Assembly (NCBI GenBank): GCA_016748015.1
Contig: JAAOMT010000618.1
Span: forward strand, 65,301 to 129,300
Direction: 5' to 3'
Source of the DNA: Geosiphon pyriformis uo1
Lineage: Eukaryota > Fungi > Glomeromycota
Length of the DNA stretch: 64,000 nt
The notes below the pieces were generated by a model. That model had not been told where the DNA came from. It saw only the letters and a program-made list of their open reading frames with translations, and did no database searches. The translations under genes were made by a program, and so were the position numbers. Shown in pieces: positions 12,636 through 25,959 of this stretch. Each line of letters starts with the position of its first letter. Position 1 is the stretch's first letter.

Positions 12636-13775
12636 CTAAAAACCCAAGATTTCATCATGTAAGCCCTCCAGATATCTAAACAAAGTACCCTTCTTCCTGT
12701 CCCATTGATTGTGCCAATGATAGGCGAAAACCTGACGCAATTTCTCCTTATTAAATTCTTCTTCTTTGAAAGCACTCGGCATAGAGTTACTGGGATGGCA
12801 AACTGAAGGATCAGTGAAACACCATGGAAGCACTTTGAAAGGTTTTTTCCCATTCTGAATTAATCTTCGAAAAACTTTATAGTATAAACGACTTCCCCAA
12901 TCGATTGTGTCTTTTCTTGGGGGTGGTCCATGCGCCATCTCTGCGAGAAATTCACAAACGTAGGGTGAATTTTCACGGAATCTCATGAACGCACCATTCA
13001 ACGGGAACCCATCTGGCAAGAAGCAATCCCATTGACCTACCCATTCATGTTCAGTCAAAGGGGATAGATCACGAATAAAAAGAGAGTCCATGTCAAACCA
13101 TACACCACCATATTTATAGAGCACTAATAATCGGATCAAGTCACCGTCCAGATATGCATGTTTATCTTGTAATTTCAAATTGGGTGATGGTTCTATAGCT
13201 GTTCCTTTTGCTTCCACCGCCGGATTATAAATCCTTGTCTGAAATCTGTCAGGAAATCTTTCAAAGAACGGTTGAAGAAATTCATTTTTTGAGAGATCTC
13301 CGTTCGACCAAAGTACAAGACTTGAAAAATTTGCATCTTGGGTTGCGAAAAATGAGCGAAGAGTGGCCACTTGTTTATCACCCAGAGGTCTTAGATCAGC
13401 GCGCCAGTAAGTGTGGTAGGTTGTGAGCTCTTTAGGTTGCCCGGGGAGTGTTTGAATCCCATCAGCAAAATCATAGCAATCCCAGCCGTTAGTCAACGGT
13501 ACGGCAGGGTGAACTTCGTTGTAAATGGGTTTGGTGAGGTTTTCATTGGAAATGTTATCAAAACATCCATAAAGATTTTCATTAGGAAACTCCTCTTTTG
13601 CCACCCACTCTCTTACATATACTCGCATATTAAGGTGCAACTCGCACGTAGAAAAGAATACAATCATTGCAAAGATGACTAGAACAATGGCAGTCTTAAT
13701 GATGGTTATACACTTTACTCTTTTGGGGGCTTTTGGCCAAGGCGCATTCAACCTGATGTAAGGTGTCGTCGCCAT
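12636..13775 (-). CDS. glycosyltransferase family 32 (DXD-motif sugar-binding), type II membrane protein
   Basis: N-terminal TM (IIKTAIVLVIFAMIVFF). GT32 signature GDLIRLLVLYKYGGVWFDMDS. C-terminal FAYHWHNQW. Intronless, 379 aa. Confidence 0.9.
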   Translation of the reverse strand: MATTPYIRLNAPWPKAPKRVKCITIIKTAIVLVIFAMIVFFSTCELHLNMRVYVREWVAKEEFPNENLYGCFDNISNENLTKPIYNEVHPAVPLTNGWDCYDFADGIQTLPGQPKELTTYHTYWRADLRPLGDKQVATLRSFFATQDANFSSLVLWSNGDLSKNEFLQPFFERFPDRFQTRIYNPAVEAKGTAIEPSPNLKLQDKHAYLDGDLIRLLVLYKYGGVWFDMDSLFIRDLSPLTEHEWVGQWDCFLPDGFPLNGAFMRFRENSPYVCEFLAEMAHGPPPRKDTIDWGSRLYYKVFRRLIQNGKKPFKVLPWCFTDPSVCHPSNSMPSAFKEEEFNKEKLRQVFAYHWHNQWDRKKGTLFRYLEGLHDEILGF

Positions 13776-15389
13776 GATATTTAAAAAATAACTCGTTGTC
13801 TTTTGCGGATGCAGTGCTCCAAAAGATTATTTTGCTTATTCTGAAGTATCAATGGGAAAATGATGGGTAGTGGGGTTAGGTAATCGTAAAATATTAGAAG
13901 TAGTGATAGGAGGACAAGAAAACTATAAAACGAGTGGTGTTTGGTCGGCTCTTCGTTGACAAGCGAAGCCTCAATTAGAATCGATCCCAAAATAGACTGC
14001 GATTCGTCAATCTTCAAAATGGTTGGATCCTCAAACTCGTTTCTTCTTTGATTTTTCCAGTTACACATAACAGCGCATTTTAAAACGAATGCGTCTCATA
14101 TCTTTTATATTTGAGCATATAACACTTTATTTTTTGTTATCTTTATCTTTGCTTTTTTTTTAATTTTTGACATAAATATAAAAAATATTGTTAATTCTAT
14201 CCATTTATTTATGATAAATTTGCAATAAATAAAAACACAAATTTTATTAACATTAACATTTTAGAAATTAATATATAAAATATGATTTATAATTAAATTA
14301 ATTATTTTTAATTTTAAAAACAATAAATTATTTAATACAATATTATATATTATATATCATAAATAATAATAAATTAAAAAACTGATTTTTAATCTTTTAA
14401 TTAATCATTAGAATATTTCAAGAAAAATATTTATGCAATAATATTTTTGTTAATATTAAAATTCTTTAATAAAATCTTTGAATTTGGAAAAATTCAAGAA
14501 TCCAGTCAACAAAGAAAATAAAAAAATTCTTTGATTTTTAATTTTATTTTTCTTAATTTTCAGCCTATTTGGATGTAATTCTTTTAAAAGGTAACATCAA
14601 AGAGAGTAGCCCAGAAAAATAACATTATTGATTCAACTTTAAAGATGATAACAAATTTTATTCCTCTTATTTAAATGCCGATATAACTGAGTTCTTTTAA
14701 TTAATAAAAAAAGTTTTCATTTCGAAATACAAACACCTGAGATGAAAGTTTTAATTAACTCAAGTGGGGATGTCGATGAATAGTTTTGGAAAGAAAAAAA
14801 TATTTGAGTTATTTTTAGGGGCAAATATTTGTTTCAAATCAAACGGGCTATTTTCAAACTTAATTCAAAAAATTACAGTCCCAGTAAAGTCTGAAAAGAG
14901 TTCGGACTTAAAACGGAAACTGAAAGAAGCTAAAACTTCACAGAAAAATACAATTAACAAATTTGTTTAAATTTAAGGAGATGCAAGAGAAATGCTTAGC
15001 TCGGTAAAATTGAATCACGCTTAGGGACTCAAAAACAAAGATTTCCAAAAGCGAATTGCATACAAAATTATGGGCCTAAGAAAATGTCAGATAGAAGGTT
15101 AAGAAAGTAATTTCTTTTAATCAGATATACGTATAATCAAGGAGAAGTGTCAAGTTGAAAGTAAAAAAATATTATTCTATATGTAGATTATTTGAAAAAA
15201 CAATGCAAATGGTAATTAACTTTCTTTTTAGCAGTAATGAGAGCAACAATATGGTTGTTTATTGGGTTGTAATCGAGCTGGTCAGTATAAAAACATAATT
15301 CAGCTTAAACAATTCAACTTCTTTGAGTTACAGATAATAAATGTTTAAAGCCCTATTTTTAATCTGAACAACAAAACAACAACAACAAC

Positions 15390-15392
<3 letters not shown>

Positions 15393-15459
<67 letters not shown>
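15393..15459. repeat. (AAT)n microsatellite preceded by (CAA)n
   Basis: About 22 AAT units; CAA units at 15367-15390. Confidence 0.95.
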
Positions 15460-15461
<2 letters not shown>

Positions 15462-15726
15462 TAATTATAATAATAACAATTTGTAAACATTGTTTTTTTA
15501 TTTACTTATATTTAAAATCTAAAAATAAAATAATAAATATTCAACAATGAAAAATTATCAAAAATTTTATTTTATTTTTTAAAAAACATTAAAATGAATA
15601 ATTAGATTAAATAATACATTAAAATTTAACAAATCTCTTTATTTTTAAAAATTAAAAAATTTCTTTACAAAAATCATTTAGCAATCAGGATTGATCATAC
15701 GATCTCTTGTTGATATGAATCGAAGG

Positions 15727-15734
15727 TGACGTCA
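15727..15734. promoter_or_regulatory. perfect CRE/ATF palindrome TGACGTCA upstream of IMP3
   Basis: Lies about 75 nt upstream of the IMP3 ATG. Function is inferred only. Confidence 0.35.
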
Positions 15735-15809
15735 TTCGTCTGTTCATATTAATGCTCAATCTTCAATAGAACTATAGTACTTTTCAACTTTTTTGCAATA
15801 CTCGTGAGG

Positions 15810-16648
15810 ATGGTTCGTAAACTCAAATATCATGAAAAGAAGCTGCTGAAAAAAGTTGATTTTCTTCAGGTAAATCTTATCTTTAGTCCTATTCACTTAT
15901 CATCTAGATCAGATAGAATCTTTTATTAACCTCAAAAAATGTTATTCCTGTTAATTTTCTCGATGAATAATTATGTGGTCGGACACGAAAAATTTGAATA
16001 GTGGAAAAAGGAGAATAACATACGAGAGATAAAAGTGATTAGACGTTATCACATTCAAAAACCCGAGGATTACCACAAATACAACAAGATTTGCGGTGAG
16101 ATTAAACGACTAGGTAATAAAATTTCCTTGCTAGATCCACGCGATCCGTTCAGATTGAAGCAAGAGACGGCGTTACTGGATAAATTATACGCGATGGGTT
16201 TGATCACAGCAAGAAAACAATTTAGTCAGGTGAATAAGGTGACAGTTTCGACATTCTGTCGACGAAGATTACCTATTGTGATGTGTCGTTTGAAAATGTC
16301 GGAGACTGTTAAGGAGGCTATCACGTTTGTTGAACAAGGTCATGTTAGAGTGGGACCTGAGACTGTCACGGATCCTGCTTATTTGGTTACGAGGTATTTT
16401 TTTTTGACCTCTTAATTTATTTAGAAAATCTTCATTTTTCTATGATTAATCTTTATTCTTTTTCTCTATTAGAAATATGGAAGATTTTGTGACCTGGGTT
16501 GATACTTCCAAGATCAAACGCAAGATTATGAAGTATAATGATAAGGTAAAACAATGCAAATTTTTAAGTACCTTTACTTTCTATTTTTTTGACCTGATGC
16601 TTGAATTGTTTTTTCTTTTTAAAGTTGGATGACTATGACCTTTTATAA
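15810..16648 (+). CDS. IMP3: U3 snoRNP protein Imp3 (S4 domain), 4 exons
   Basis: [20 protein letters not shown]|[28 protein letters not shown]...[10 protein letters not shown]...[11 protein letters not shown]...TR|[24 protein letters not shown]|LDDYDLL*. Confidence 0.97.
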
Positions 16649-16959
16649 CCCGATCATTGATCAATGAATCAAAATATTCAACGGACTGGATTAATTTTTT
16701 TTAAAATCGTTTTGCTTTTGTTGGCTCTTGCATTTATGTTTTACAAAATATTGAGGAAGAATAAGTGTTCGGAAAATTAAGATGACGAATTTCAAGTTTC
16801 AAATCATGCTATCCTTATTAATGGTGAAAATACAGTTTATAACAAAAAACTGTATATTTGTTCCTGTGAAGAAATCTGATTTTTTTGCTTTAAACAAATA
16901 ATATATGCTGCTTTTTATCTTAAAACTTGACACAACATATATCAAATAACAAATAAAAA

Positions 16960-19480
16960 AAAGATTTATGCAAATCAATTTGCTAAAAAAATGTTTTATA
17001 AAGTTAATTTTAACCATTTTTAATCAATTACAAAAATTTCAAGTTTAAAAATATTTTTATTTTTATTGTTTAATAAATAAGACCCAATTTTTATCTACTA
17101 CAATACAACAATAAATCTTTTAAAGTAAATATAATTTATGTGGTTTTTACATATAACCAATTACTTAAATTAATTAAGGCTATATAATATTAAATTTACA
17201 AAAAAAAATTTATTTAATTTATTATCTTTTATTTAATACTGAAAAAATTATAATTATATAAAACCAAATTAGTCATTTATTTAGCAGTTAATTTAAATTA
17301 GATTTTATGTTTAATTCTATAAGATTATTATTTTAACAAAAAATTTATTATTAATAAAAATTTTATTTATATTATACTTTATTTTAAAACTAATTATTTT
17401 TTATTTAATTTATTTACAATTTTACCAAAAATACCAACTTGTTTTTTTATAACAAAATTTTTTCTTTATTTCAATATTTATAACAAGTATAATATTTATT
17501 AACAAAAATAACTTTATTAATTAAAATTTTAATAAAACTAATTTTAATTTAATTATAAAATTAATAATAATAATAGATTTAAAAACCAAAAAACAACAGT
17601 TTTGATATAAAATTTTAAATTAACAAAATAATTTTCAAAAATTCAAAATTAATTACAAATTTAAATAAAAGCTTTAATAAATAAAATAAAAATATTTTAT
17701 AATTAAAAGCCAAATATTTTAAATTTTAATATTTAAAATATTATTAATAATTAAAATTTTTTATTAAATACAGTTTTTTTTTAAATAATAATAATATTTA
17801 TTTATTTTTAAAAAATAAAAATAAAATATTTTAATTATTAAATAAAATTTGAAAACTGAAAAATAAAATTAATATAATTATTTACTTAAAAACCAATTCA
17901 TTAAATTTAAAAACAATATAATTAGAAAAATTTTTATTAATTTGGTCTTAAAAATATTTTTTAAAACAATAACTTTTTTTAATTAAAAAAAAACTTTAAT
18001 ATTATTTATAAAAACTATTCAATAAACTTAAAATATATAAGCAGATTTTAATTAAATATTTAAGATTTTATTAAAAATATTATAAAAAACAATATTAACA
18101 AATCAATATTAAATTCAAATATTAAAAAAATTTTTGCAATCTTAATTTAAACAATAATATTCAAAAAATTTAAAATATAAATTTTATTCAAAAAAACAAA
18201 ATATTGTTTTTAATAATTAATTTTAAATTAATTTAATCTTAACAGTTTTATAAAATATTAAAATAAAAATCTTTTATACATATTTTTAATAATTAATAAT
18301 AGTTTTTTAAATATTATTAAACCAATAATATTTTTAAAAAACAAAAAAAAAATACTTAAATAATTTATTAAAGTTATATATAAAAATATAACTTGTTTTG
18401 TTTTTAAAACCAATAAAATTGATTAAAATTTAACATATTAAATAATTTAGTTATGTATTAATTAAAATTAATTTTAACAAATATATTGTTATTATTATTA
18501 TTATTTAAAAAAATTATTGTTTATAATTAAATTAACACTAAATATTATAATTAATACAATTATAAAAAAAATTAATAAAATATCAAAAAAACCAATATTT
18601 TATTTTTTACAAAACAAAAACAGACTTTTAATTAAAAATACAACTTATAAAAAACACCAAAAAATATTTTTTTTTAATATTTTAAAAAATTTAATTGTTT
18701 TAAGTTTTTAAAAAAAGTTTGTTTTTTTGTTTTTTTGGCTTTTTTAGTTATTTAAGCAATAATAAAAAATATTATTAAAAAAAAATATAACTTTATTATT
18801 AACTTTTTATTAAAGATTTTTGGATTTTTTATAATAATAATAATTATAATAATAAAACTGGTTTTAGTTAATTAATTAATTAAAAACTCTTTAAAATCAA
18901 AAATAATGTTTTTTTAAACATTAAAAACTATTTTGTGTTTTTATTATTTAAAAAATAATTTTAAAAATATTTAATTGTTTTTACTTTAAAAAAATTTTTT
19001 AAGTATTAAAATTATAAAAAAAATTGCTTTTTTATTACGTTTTAACTAAATATAATTATAAAATACAAAAAAGAAAGGAGTTTTTTAATTTGTTAATTAT
19101 AATTTTTTGTAATAATAAAAAAATACTAAAATATTAAGCAAAAAATAATGAAAATTTTAATAATAATAATAATAATAATTTAAATTTATAAAAATTTAAT
19201 TATTACTTTAACAAATTATATGTTAATAAAAAAAAGTATTGTTTATATGTTTTATTTTTTAATCATTTTAATATTTAATACCAATATTTGTTTTTTAATA
19301 ATATAAATTTTATTTTAAGTTTATTATTTTGTAATATTTATCACATTATATTAATAATAATAATAGTAATAAATAAACAAATTGTTTATTTTATTTTAAA
19401 AAAATTTTATTCTAAATTTTATTCATTGATAAATTTTTTGACTCATCATTTTGTTACTATGTATATATAATGTTTTGTTT
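16960..19480. repeat. extremely AT-rich tract, decayed repeat relic
   Basis: Almost no C/G. The 18390-18760 portion aligns by eye with 52880-53096 plus 55679-55850. Confidence 0.7.
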
Positions 19481-19498
19481 TGAAATTAAATAATGCTT

Positions 19499-22400
19499 CT
19501 ATCGTTTCTGTCTCTTTCGAGAAGAATCTCCTTTTCCTTTCTTTTTAGAGTCTCGACTCATGGCACGTACTTCTTTTTTCATTCGAGTATCCACCATCTT
19601 TATGATTAGATTAAAGTTTAATAATCAATTATAATTAATAAAGAGTAATAAAGTCCATTATATTACACATACCTTGTATCGTCCTTTGACTCCTTTAGGT
19701 CGTCCCTTGTTACCTTTATTCACCCCTTTGGCCACCACAATCTTTCTGTCCTTTTTCTTTTTCACATTCTTGCTCAACATTTTTGTAATTGTCTGTGATT
19801 TTTCACGCTCTGTCATTTCACCTGTTTCAGCAATTGCCTCAGTTTTCTTTTGCAATTTGACCAATCTTTTGACAGCCTATAGAGAAAATATTGGTTGTTT
19901 AAGGGAAAAAAAAACAATTCAATAGGAAAGAGCTGTACGAATTTATGACATTTATATATGTATATAAAGCCTTAATAAAATTTACCCGAATTTTTTTTCT
20001 CGCCTTGGCTTCGGCAATCTTTTTTATTGGGCGTGCATTTAAAGCTTTCATTCGCTCTCGTATGGCCTCTACTGCTTCTTTTGTGATCGGCAAATTAGGC
20101 TTATTGTGTCGCTTTTCATCTTCCAAAAACCATTCTGGTAAGCCTTCTTTATCGCAAAACGCTTGCCTGGTGAATCCATCATCGATGAGTGCATGCTTGG
20201 TTTTTTGCCGATTTACTAGCTGTTGAGCAAGATTCATGGCCTCGGGAGTAATTAGCCCAATCTCTATTTGATATGAAAATGAGTAAGTGATCTAATAAAA
20301 TGCTTCCTGAGAAATAAAAGATGCAAGAGTATGGACCTTGAACGCGCTTCATTTTCTTTTCATCTTCATCTGATCCATCACCATCCCACATCGTCTCATC
20401 TTGATCATTATTTTCAGTGGGAATGATTTCTATTTCATCATCATCATCATCCTCCTCCTCCATCTGAACGGTTAAACTTTATATTATTATTGAGAACTCA
20501 AAATTTCCCAAACAATTGAGGCTTATTCATACTTGCCTCATCGGCCTTTCTTTTTAGTGACTGATTGTTTTCAAGAAGTGATCCCTGTTTTTCAAGAGAC
20601 TTGGATTCAACCAAATCTTTAGGTTCATACATCTCAGAATTAAAATTAGCTTTTATCAATTCGTCATTTTTGTCTCGATCTGACTCCTCTTCCAAAACTC
20701 CCTTAAATAGCGGTTGGTCAAAAAATAAGCTCGCTTTCTTGCTCAATTGACCTGCCTGTATTATTTTCCCATCATCATCACCATTTAGATAGGTAATTAG
20801 CTTCCGCTTCCTTTTTTTATCTTGGAAATTGTTTGTATTCATTGGGTGGTCTTCTTCTGAATCGCTATCTGTATCACTACTTCTAGAACTTTCAGTTTCA
20901 TCACCCAAGTTGTCTCTTGATGCCATGGAATAATTCGATACATCACTATCATCCTTATCAGAGTTATCTTGAATCCCGCTCCATTCGGAAAAAGATTCGC
21001 GCATTCTTTTCACCCTATACTTTGCGTCACGCTCCGCCTTCCTTTCTCTATACTCTTCGTACCTTTTATCGAAATGAGATAATTAAATAAGCGATGCAAA
21101 GAAAATAACAATAAAGTAGGGACCCTACATTTGATCCAATTGAACCTCCAACGCTGAAACATCATCCTCAGTATCTTGAAAACTTTGGTCCTCTGCATTC
21201 GTGTTTTCTTCATCTTTATCCGATAATTTCTGAACTTTTGTCAGAGTTTGAGCTCCTTTTCCATCATCAATAACTATGTCCTCGTTTAGCTTTGCTTGCT
21301 CATTTATTTCTTCGTCAAGTACAATATTCATATCACCTTTTCTCACAGCTTTTAAGACCTTTAGACAAATGAGAATAAAACCCAATTATAAAAAACAGTG
21401 AAAAATAATTGAATTATTACGAATATAACTTACACCGGCTTTATCCACTTTTTTCAGGTCAAAAAGCGAATTTCCTCCATCAAACCCGGGCTGGTCTAGC
21501 GCGATATCCGTTGGAGAAATCATCTTGAGCTGCATTCGAGTGATAGTTTTTTGTTTTTTTTCATTAGACTTGCGTTTCAACCGTTTTCGTCGGGCCTGTT
21601 CTTCTTTGGTCAGCTTGTCTAGCTGGAATGAAGTTTATTAAGAACGTATTGAAAATTAATCAGATGCCCTTTGGAAAGAGTTAACTTCTTTTTAAAGACG
21701 ACAAACCTCATTTTGGATCGCTTCATCTTCATCCACCGACTCTTCAGGCTTATCATCTTTTTCTTTGGGTGGGTCTTTGTTGAGCTTTAAATGAAGGTTA
21801 CGACTTTAAGAAAAATTCCAAAATATTCAAAAACAAAAAGTTTGGAAAGGATATAATTACCAATAACCGAATAGCTGTTCGCCACTTTAATAAATTTTTG
21901 AACTCCCGCTTTCCTAACACTTTCAAATCTTGGCATGATATTTTGATTTCATCATTAGTGATTTCGTTTAATAGTAATCTAGTTTTTTCAATAATATATT
22001 AAGGAATATTATTATATGATTAACAAGTGAGAACGCGAGAAATTATCATAAATACATACTCTTTTGCCTCATCAGTGTCAAATGCCAATACGTTGGAGTC
22101 TCCAAGAAGGCGAACAGGATCATTAGTGTTCACAAGATCCATGACCGATGCCGTTTGGTGAAGGGTATAATTGCCCTCTCGATAACCTTCCCTTTGCCGC
22201 TTTTTTTTTTCAGGATGCAAGATGTCAAGGGATGTTTTTTCAGGGCCAATTTCTACTTCTTGAAACACAGCACGCGGATCTAAAAATTTGGGATCAATCT
22301 TCTTTGGCGCAAGAAAATCTTTGCATATTACATAAATTTCTGCAGAAACATTTCTTGAATTTCAGTGAAGCAAAAATATGAGCGAACTTATTGAAGGTTG

Positions 22401-23412
22401 AAGCTGTTATTTAAATGAAAAAAATATGTTATGATATACCTTGAAGAGGCTGGCTTTGTGGCCTCAACTTTTTTAAATAATTGGTTAAAAACCCATATTA
22501 AATTGTTATAATCTTTAGATCTAAAGATTTTTGTTACAAATATACCTGTAGTGAATTGTAAAGGAGTAGTTAGTTTAGGAACCGAGATACTAAAAGATGC
22601 TCATAGTTTTTTAACGTATATACCCCCTTTCGATAAGAATTCAACGGCTAATTTCAAAGCCATTAAGGTCAATTCCGCCTGTGAATAAGCATCTTGCACC
22701 CATGCAACACCAACATTGGGTGCGCCATCATTAAGAACCCTTGAAGATCACAAATTAGGTTAAGTGTTGAAAGAGACATCAAGTTTGTAAAAAATGAAAA
22801 ATACATACACATCTGCTTTCCAGGTTTTCAATTGATTCCGCAAAGCAGCACGACATTTATCAGTAGTGATATCTTCCTGCAATGTGATAATCTTGGGTAG
22901 AGGTTTAATGGGGACAATATCGACACCTTTTTTTAAGAAAGGAAAAGAATAATCAGTCTTGCCCACGTATCATTAATCGATGGACTCAATCTCTTACCAA
23001 TGATCAAGCTTGATACTGGCATATATTTGCTCGCAACTTGTAACCTGATGAATTAATACAAACAAAATAGGGCTTAGGAGCAAGGATCATGGTTTATATA
23101 TTCAATCAATGATTTTTTTGCTTTCAATTTTCCCGGGATGTTAATACACACCAACCGCCAGGTGCAGCACATAAATCAACAAGGACACGTGATCTTTCAA
23201 GAAAATTGTATTTTTTATTCAGCTGAATAAGCTTGAAAGCAGAGCGGGCACGATAGCCTTGCTCTTTTGCCAAGTGATAATATTTGTCCAAACGCCCTAT
23301 AGAAAACGCGGATCAGTTATAAGAAATCTTCTATATACTCTTTGAACTTGACAAAAAGTTTTCTGGTATCATTTCAAAAACCTTTTCCAGTTTTCTTGTC
23401 TCGTTTCCCCAT
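19499..23412 (-). CDS. SPB1: Spb1/FTSJ3 27S pre-rRNA 2'-O-methyltransferase, many exons
   Basis: [37 protein letters not shown]...DLCAAPGGW; DGAPNVG; [11 protein letters not shown]; [12 protein letters not shown]; [13 protein letters not shown]; [14 protein letters not shown]; [23 protein letters not shown] at 19499-19501. Confidence 0.97.
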
Positions 23413-24688
23413 ATTGAAATAATATCTCAAGAAAAGAAGTAAAAAATTAATTTGAATATCTACACTTTTTTGAAGATGTTGATTGATCACATGATTGCTG
23501 ATCCAAAATTATAAATAATCAAAGTATTAAAAGCTGACTCGTATAGAAGAATGCAATTCCTGAAGCTGACTGAGAAGGGCTTAGATTAAGAAGAGGACAG
23601 TCAGTTATTTTGTCAAGGGCTCGATTTAAAATCGCTGCCTGGCACCAACATCTACAAATATGAGTTCAAGTATAGGTGGTTTGATTTGCGCGAGATGTTT
23701 AATTCTCCTTACTTATTACATAAGTCCTTACAACACCGTGTTAGTAGACCTTTTTAACGCTTCTATACGCATTCCCATATTTCCCTACAATCAGTATGAG
23801 GTATAAGCATGAATATTGGTATTTCCAGAATCCTCTCGTTTTGGTCATCAATGTTCCATCAGATTTACCAGTGTCGATTCATCCTTCTCAGTCAGTACTC
23901 TGTAGATTTACGAATTTTATAATTCTAGAAGCCAGAGTGTTACTTAATTGATACTGCTGACCGTGGCTGACAATTCTGGATTTATACAAAAGTACGATAG
24001 GAAAGGATATTTTTGAAATTTCAAATTTAAGAGTAAAATGATTCGTTTTAAGGGACTTTGTGTGTTTAGATCTCGAAGCAGAATGCGCCAGGATATATCC
24101 TCTCGATTTAAATTTAATGATAGTAGTCTTTGTAAATATATACACAATTAAAATTCCTGAGGCACTAAGGATGCTCACGACATCTGAAATGCCAAAGCCG
24201 GGGAGATTTGGCATCTCCAGAGTTCTCGATCGTAAGAAATTGTCTCATATTTTTATTGAATACTTGCATTATATATATCTAAACCACAAAATAACTAAAG
24301 TATTGTGCTTTATTAGTTTGATATACATTAACAAAATGATTATCAGCATAACATCGATGATCCAATTAGTTCCTTTTAACATTGGTTCTTTGCTAGCCTA
24401 ATATCCACACCTTGTAAACTACATCTTCTTACTTTAGGGATTGAGCCAAGAAAGATTTCCCTTTTTATGTTCAAATCAATTACTATCTCCAGACGTATTC
24501 TTGCACTTTTGTTGAAGTTCTTAAAAATACACCCATAATAAATGTCATTTTGAATTAATTCGAGTAGTGCATCTCAAGAATGTGTAAGCAGATACTTATA
24601 AAAATTGCCAAAATTGGTTTCGGAGCCCACAAATCGTAATGGCACTAATACAGTACATCCTTAATGAATCAGTCTCCCTGAACAGAAC

Positions 24689-25711
24689 TCACAAAGTTAC
24701 ATTGTGGTATCTAGCAGGGGCACTATATTTACTGGCATCGCTAACATTACCACTCCCATTACGACTCACATGATTACTAACACTTCGCCCAGATGTTAAT
24801 TTATGCAACCACTCTTGCTGCTGTAAAAATTGCTCCTTCAAACGATGTTGCTGAGACGCATTAATACGTTCATAAATCTCTGGGGGTATTTTCCCCCCAT
24901 TCCTTACTCTCAAATTTTCAAATGCGGCAGCACGTCTTCTAAATTTAGCAATACGTTTTCGACGTTCTAATTCGGCATATGATAATTCAAAATCCTCAGT
25001 ATCAGCACCACCAAAATCCCCATTTTCATCAGGCTGTTCAAATTTATGGGGTGGCGCGGTCAACGCACCAACAATAAGCTCTGAGAACCCACCAGCTATA
25101 GCACCAATTGTGAGACCTGTAAGTGCAGCAATTGCACAGAAAACGTACAAGGGATAAAAGACAGAGACTAAACCTAAAATGAAGGCGCAGGGTTTGTAGA
25201 CAACCCAGTTAAAGGAAGTTCCTACGATCTTGGTTATTACGGTGTAACTTGTGGTAATTATGCACGAGCCAAAAGCGATTAACAATTCGACAGGCTTCCA
25301 GAACATTTGAAGAATTTGAAGAATTATCATTAAAGATCTTCCCTCCTCACTTTTACAGTTACATGTTGCAGCTAGAGTTTGAGTGTCCGTCTCACGAATT
25401 GTAGTGTTTGAGGTAATTGACACCTTCCCATCCTCTTCTGCTTTGGTGTTTTCCGTCCAAGTTTTATCAACAATTGCTAGCTTCTCTTCGCTTTTGCTGT
25501 TCGACGCCAGGGCATTAGCGTCCTCTTCTGCCTTCATGATTTCGTTCCCACAGTCAACAATATCATCGAATTGTTCAGGGACTATTTCCATGAAAGCTGG
25601 TTTTTTTCCATCATGAGCATGAACTAAGACATTGAAGCTAAACAAGAGAGCGGTCAGAATCAAAAATACCAAAGACTTGTTCAACTTTTGAAGGTGGCCA
25701 CAGAATCCCAT
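24689..25711 (-). CDS. hypothetical membrane protein (signal peptide-like N-terminus, central hydrophobic helices)
   Basis: Intronless ~340-aa ORF with normal genic GC. First ATG at 25711 (MGFCGH...). Hydrophobic segments LVFLILTALLFSFNVLVHA and YPLYVFCAIAALTGLTIGAIAGGFSELIVGAL. Confidence 0.75.
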   Translation of the reverse strand: MGFCGHLQKLNKSLVFLILTALLFSFNVLVHAHDGKKPAFMEIVPEQFDDIVDCGNEIMKAEEDANALASNSKSEEKLAIVDKTWTENTKAEEDGKVSITSNTTIRETDTQTLAATCNCKSEEGRSLMIILQILQMFWKPVELLIAFGSCIITTSYTVITKIVGTSFNWVVYKPCAFILGLVSVFYPLYVFCAIAALTGLTIGAIAGGFSELIVGALTAPPHKFEQPDENGDFGGADTEDFELSYAELERRKRIAKFRRRAAAFENLRVRNGGKIPPEIYERINASQQHRLKEQFLQQQEWLHKLTSGRSVSNHVSRNGSGNVSDASKYSAPARYHNVTL

Positions 25712-25959
25712 GTCTACCAAAATTAATTTCACTAAATACTTAAAAGGTAGAAGTTGCTTGAACTTTATTACTGAATTTCTCTTTTTTCATGTGAGAAACT
25801 AGAATAAAACTCTAGAAAGTGTGTTTTATTAAATATCGACTTTCTGCAGAAGTCGTCATAAAAATTCGTTAAAAAAATCAATAGCAAATGCTAATTCTAG
25901 AAGACGTGTTAAAAAGTGAAGTTTAAATAATTTATCTCATGTTAGCTCTGATCTTTTGG

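Noticed and set aside
7662-13682. Antisense or overlapping short ORFs over ICL1, SEC9, the NAB-like gene and GT32
   Set aside because: Shadows of real coding regions.
14560-15350. Possible pseudogene or ORF at 14764-14970
   Set aside because: Short, GTG-initiated, with no recognisable motif or splice model.
16799-19470. Short I/N/K/F-rich ORFs in AT tracts (16799, 18517, 19288)
   Set aside because: Compositional artefacts in eroded repeats, with no domain features.
15810-23412. IMP3 and SPB1 as a ribosome-biogenesis gene cluster
   Set aside because: Only two convergent genes separated by a TE relic; chance adjacency is plausible.
23888-24401. ORFs in the intergenic region upstream of SPB1
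   Set aside because: Mutually overlapping short ORFs with no domain signal; likely UTR or promoter sequence.
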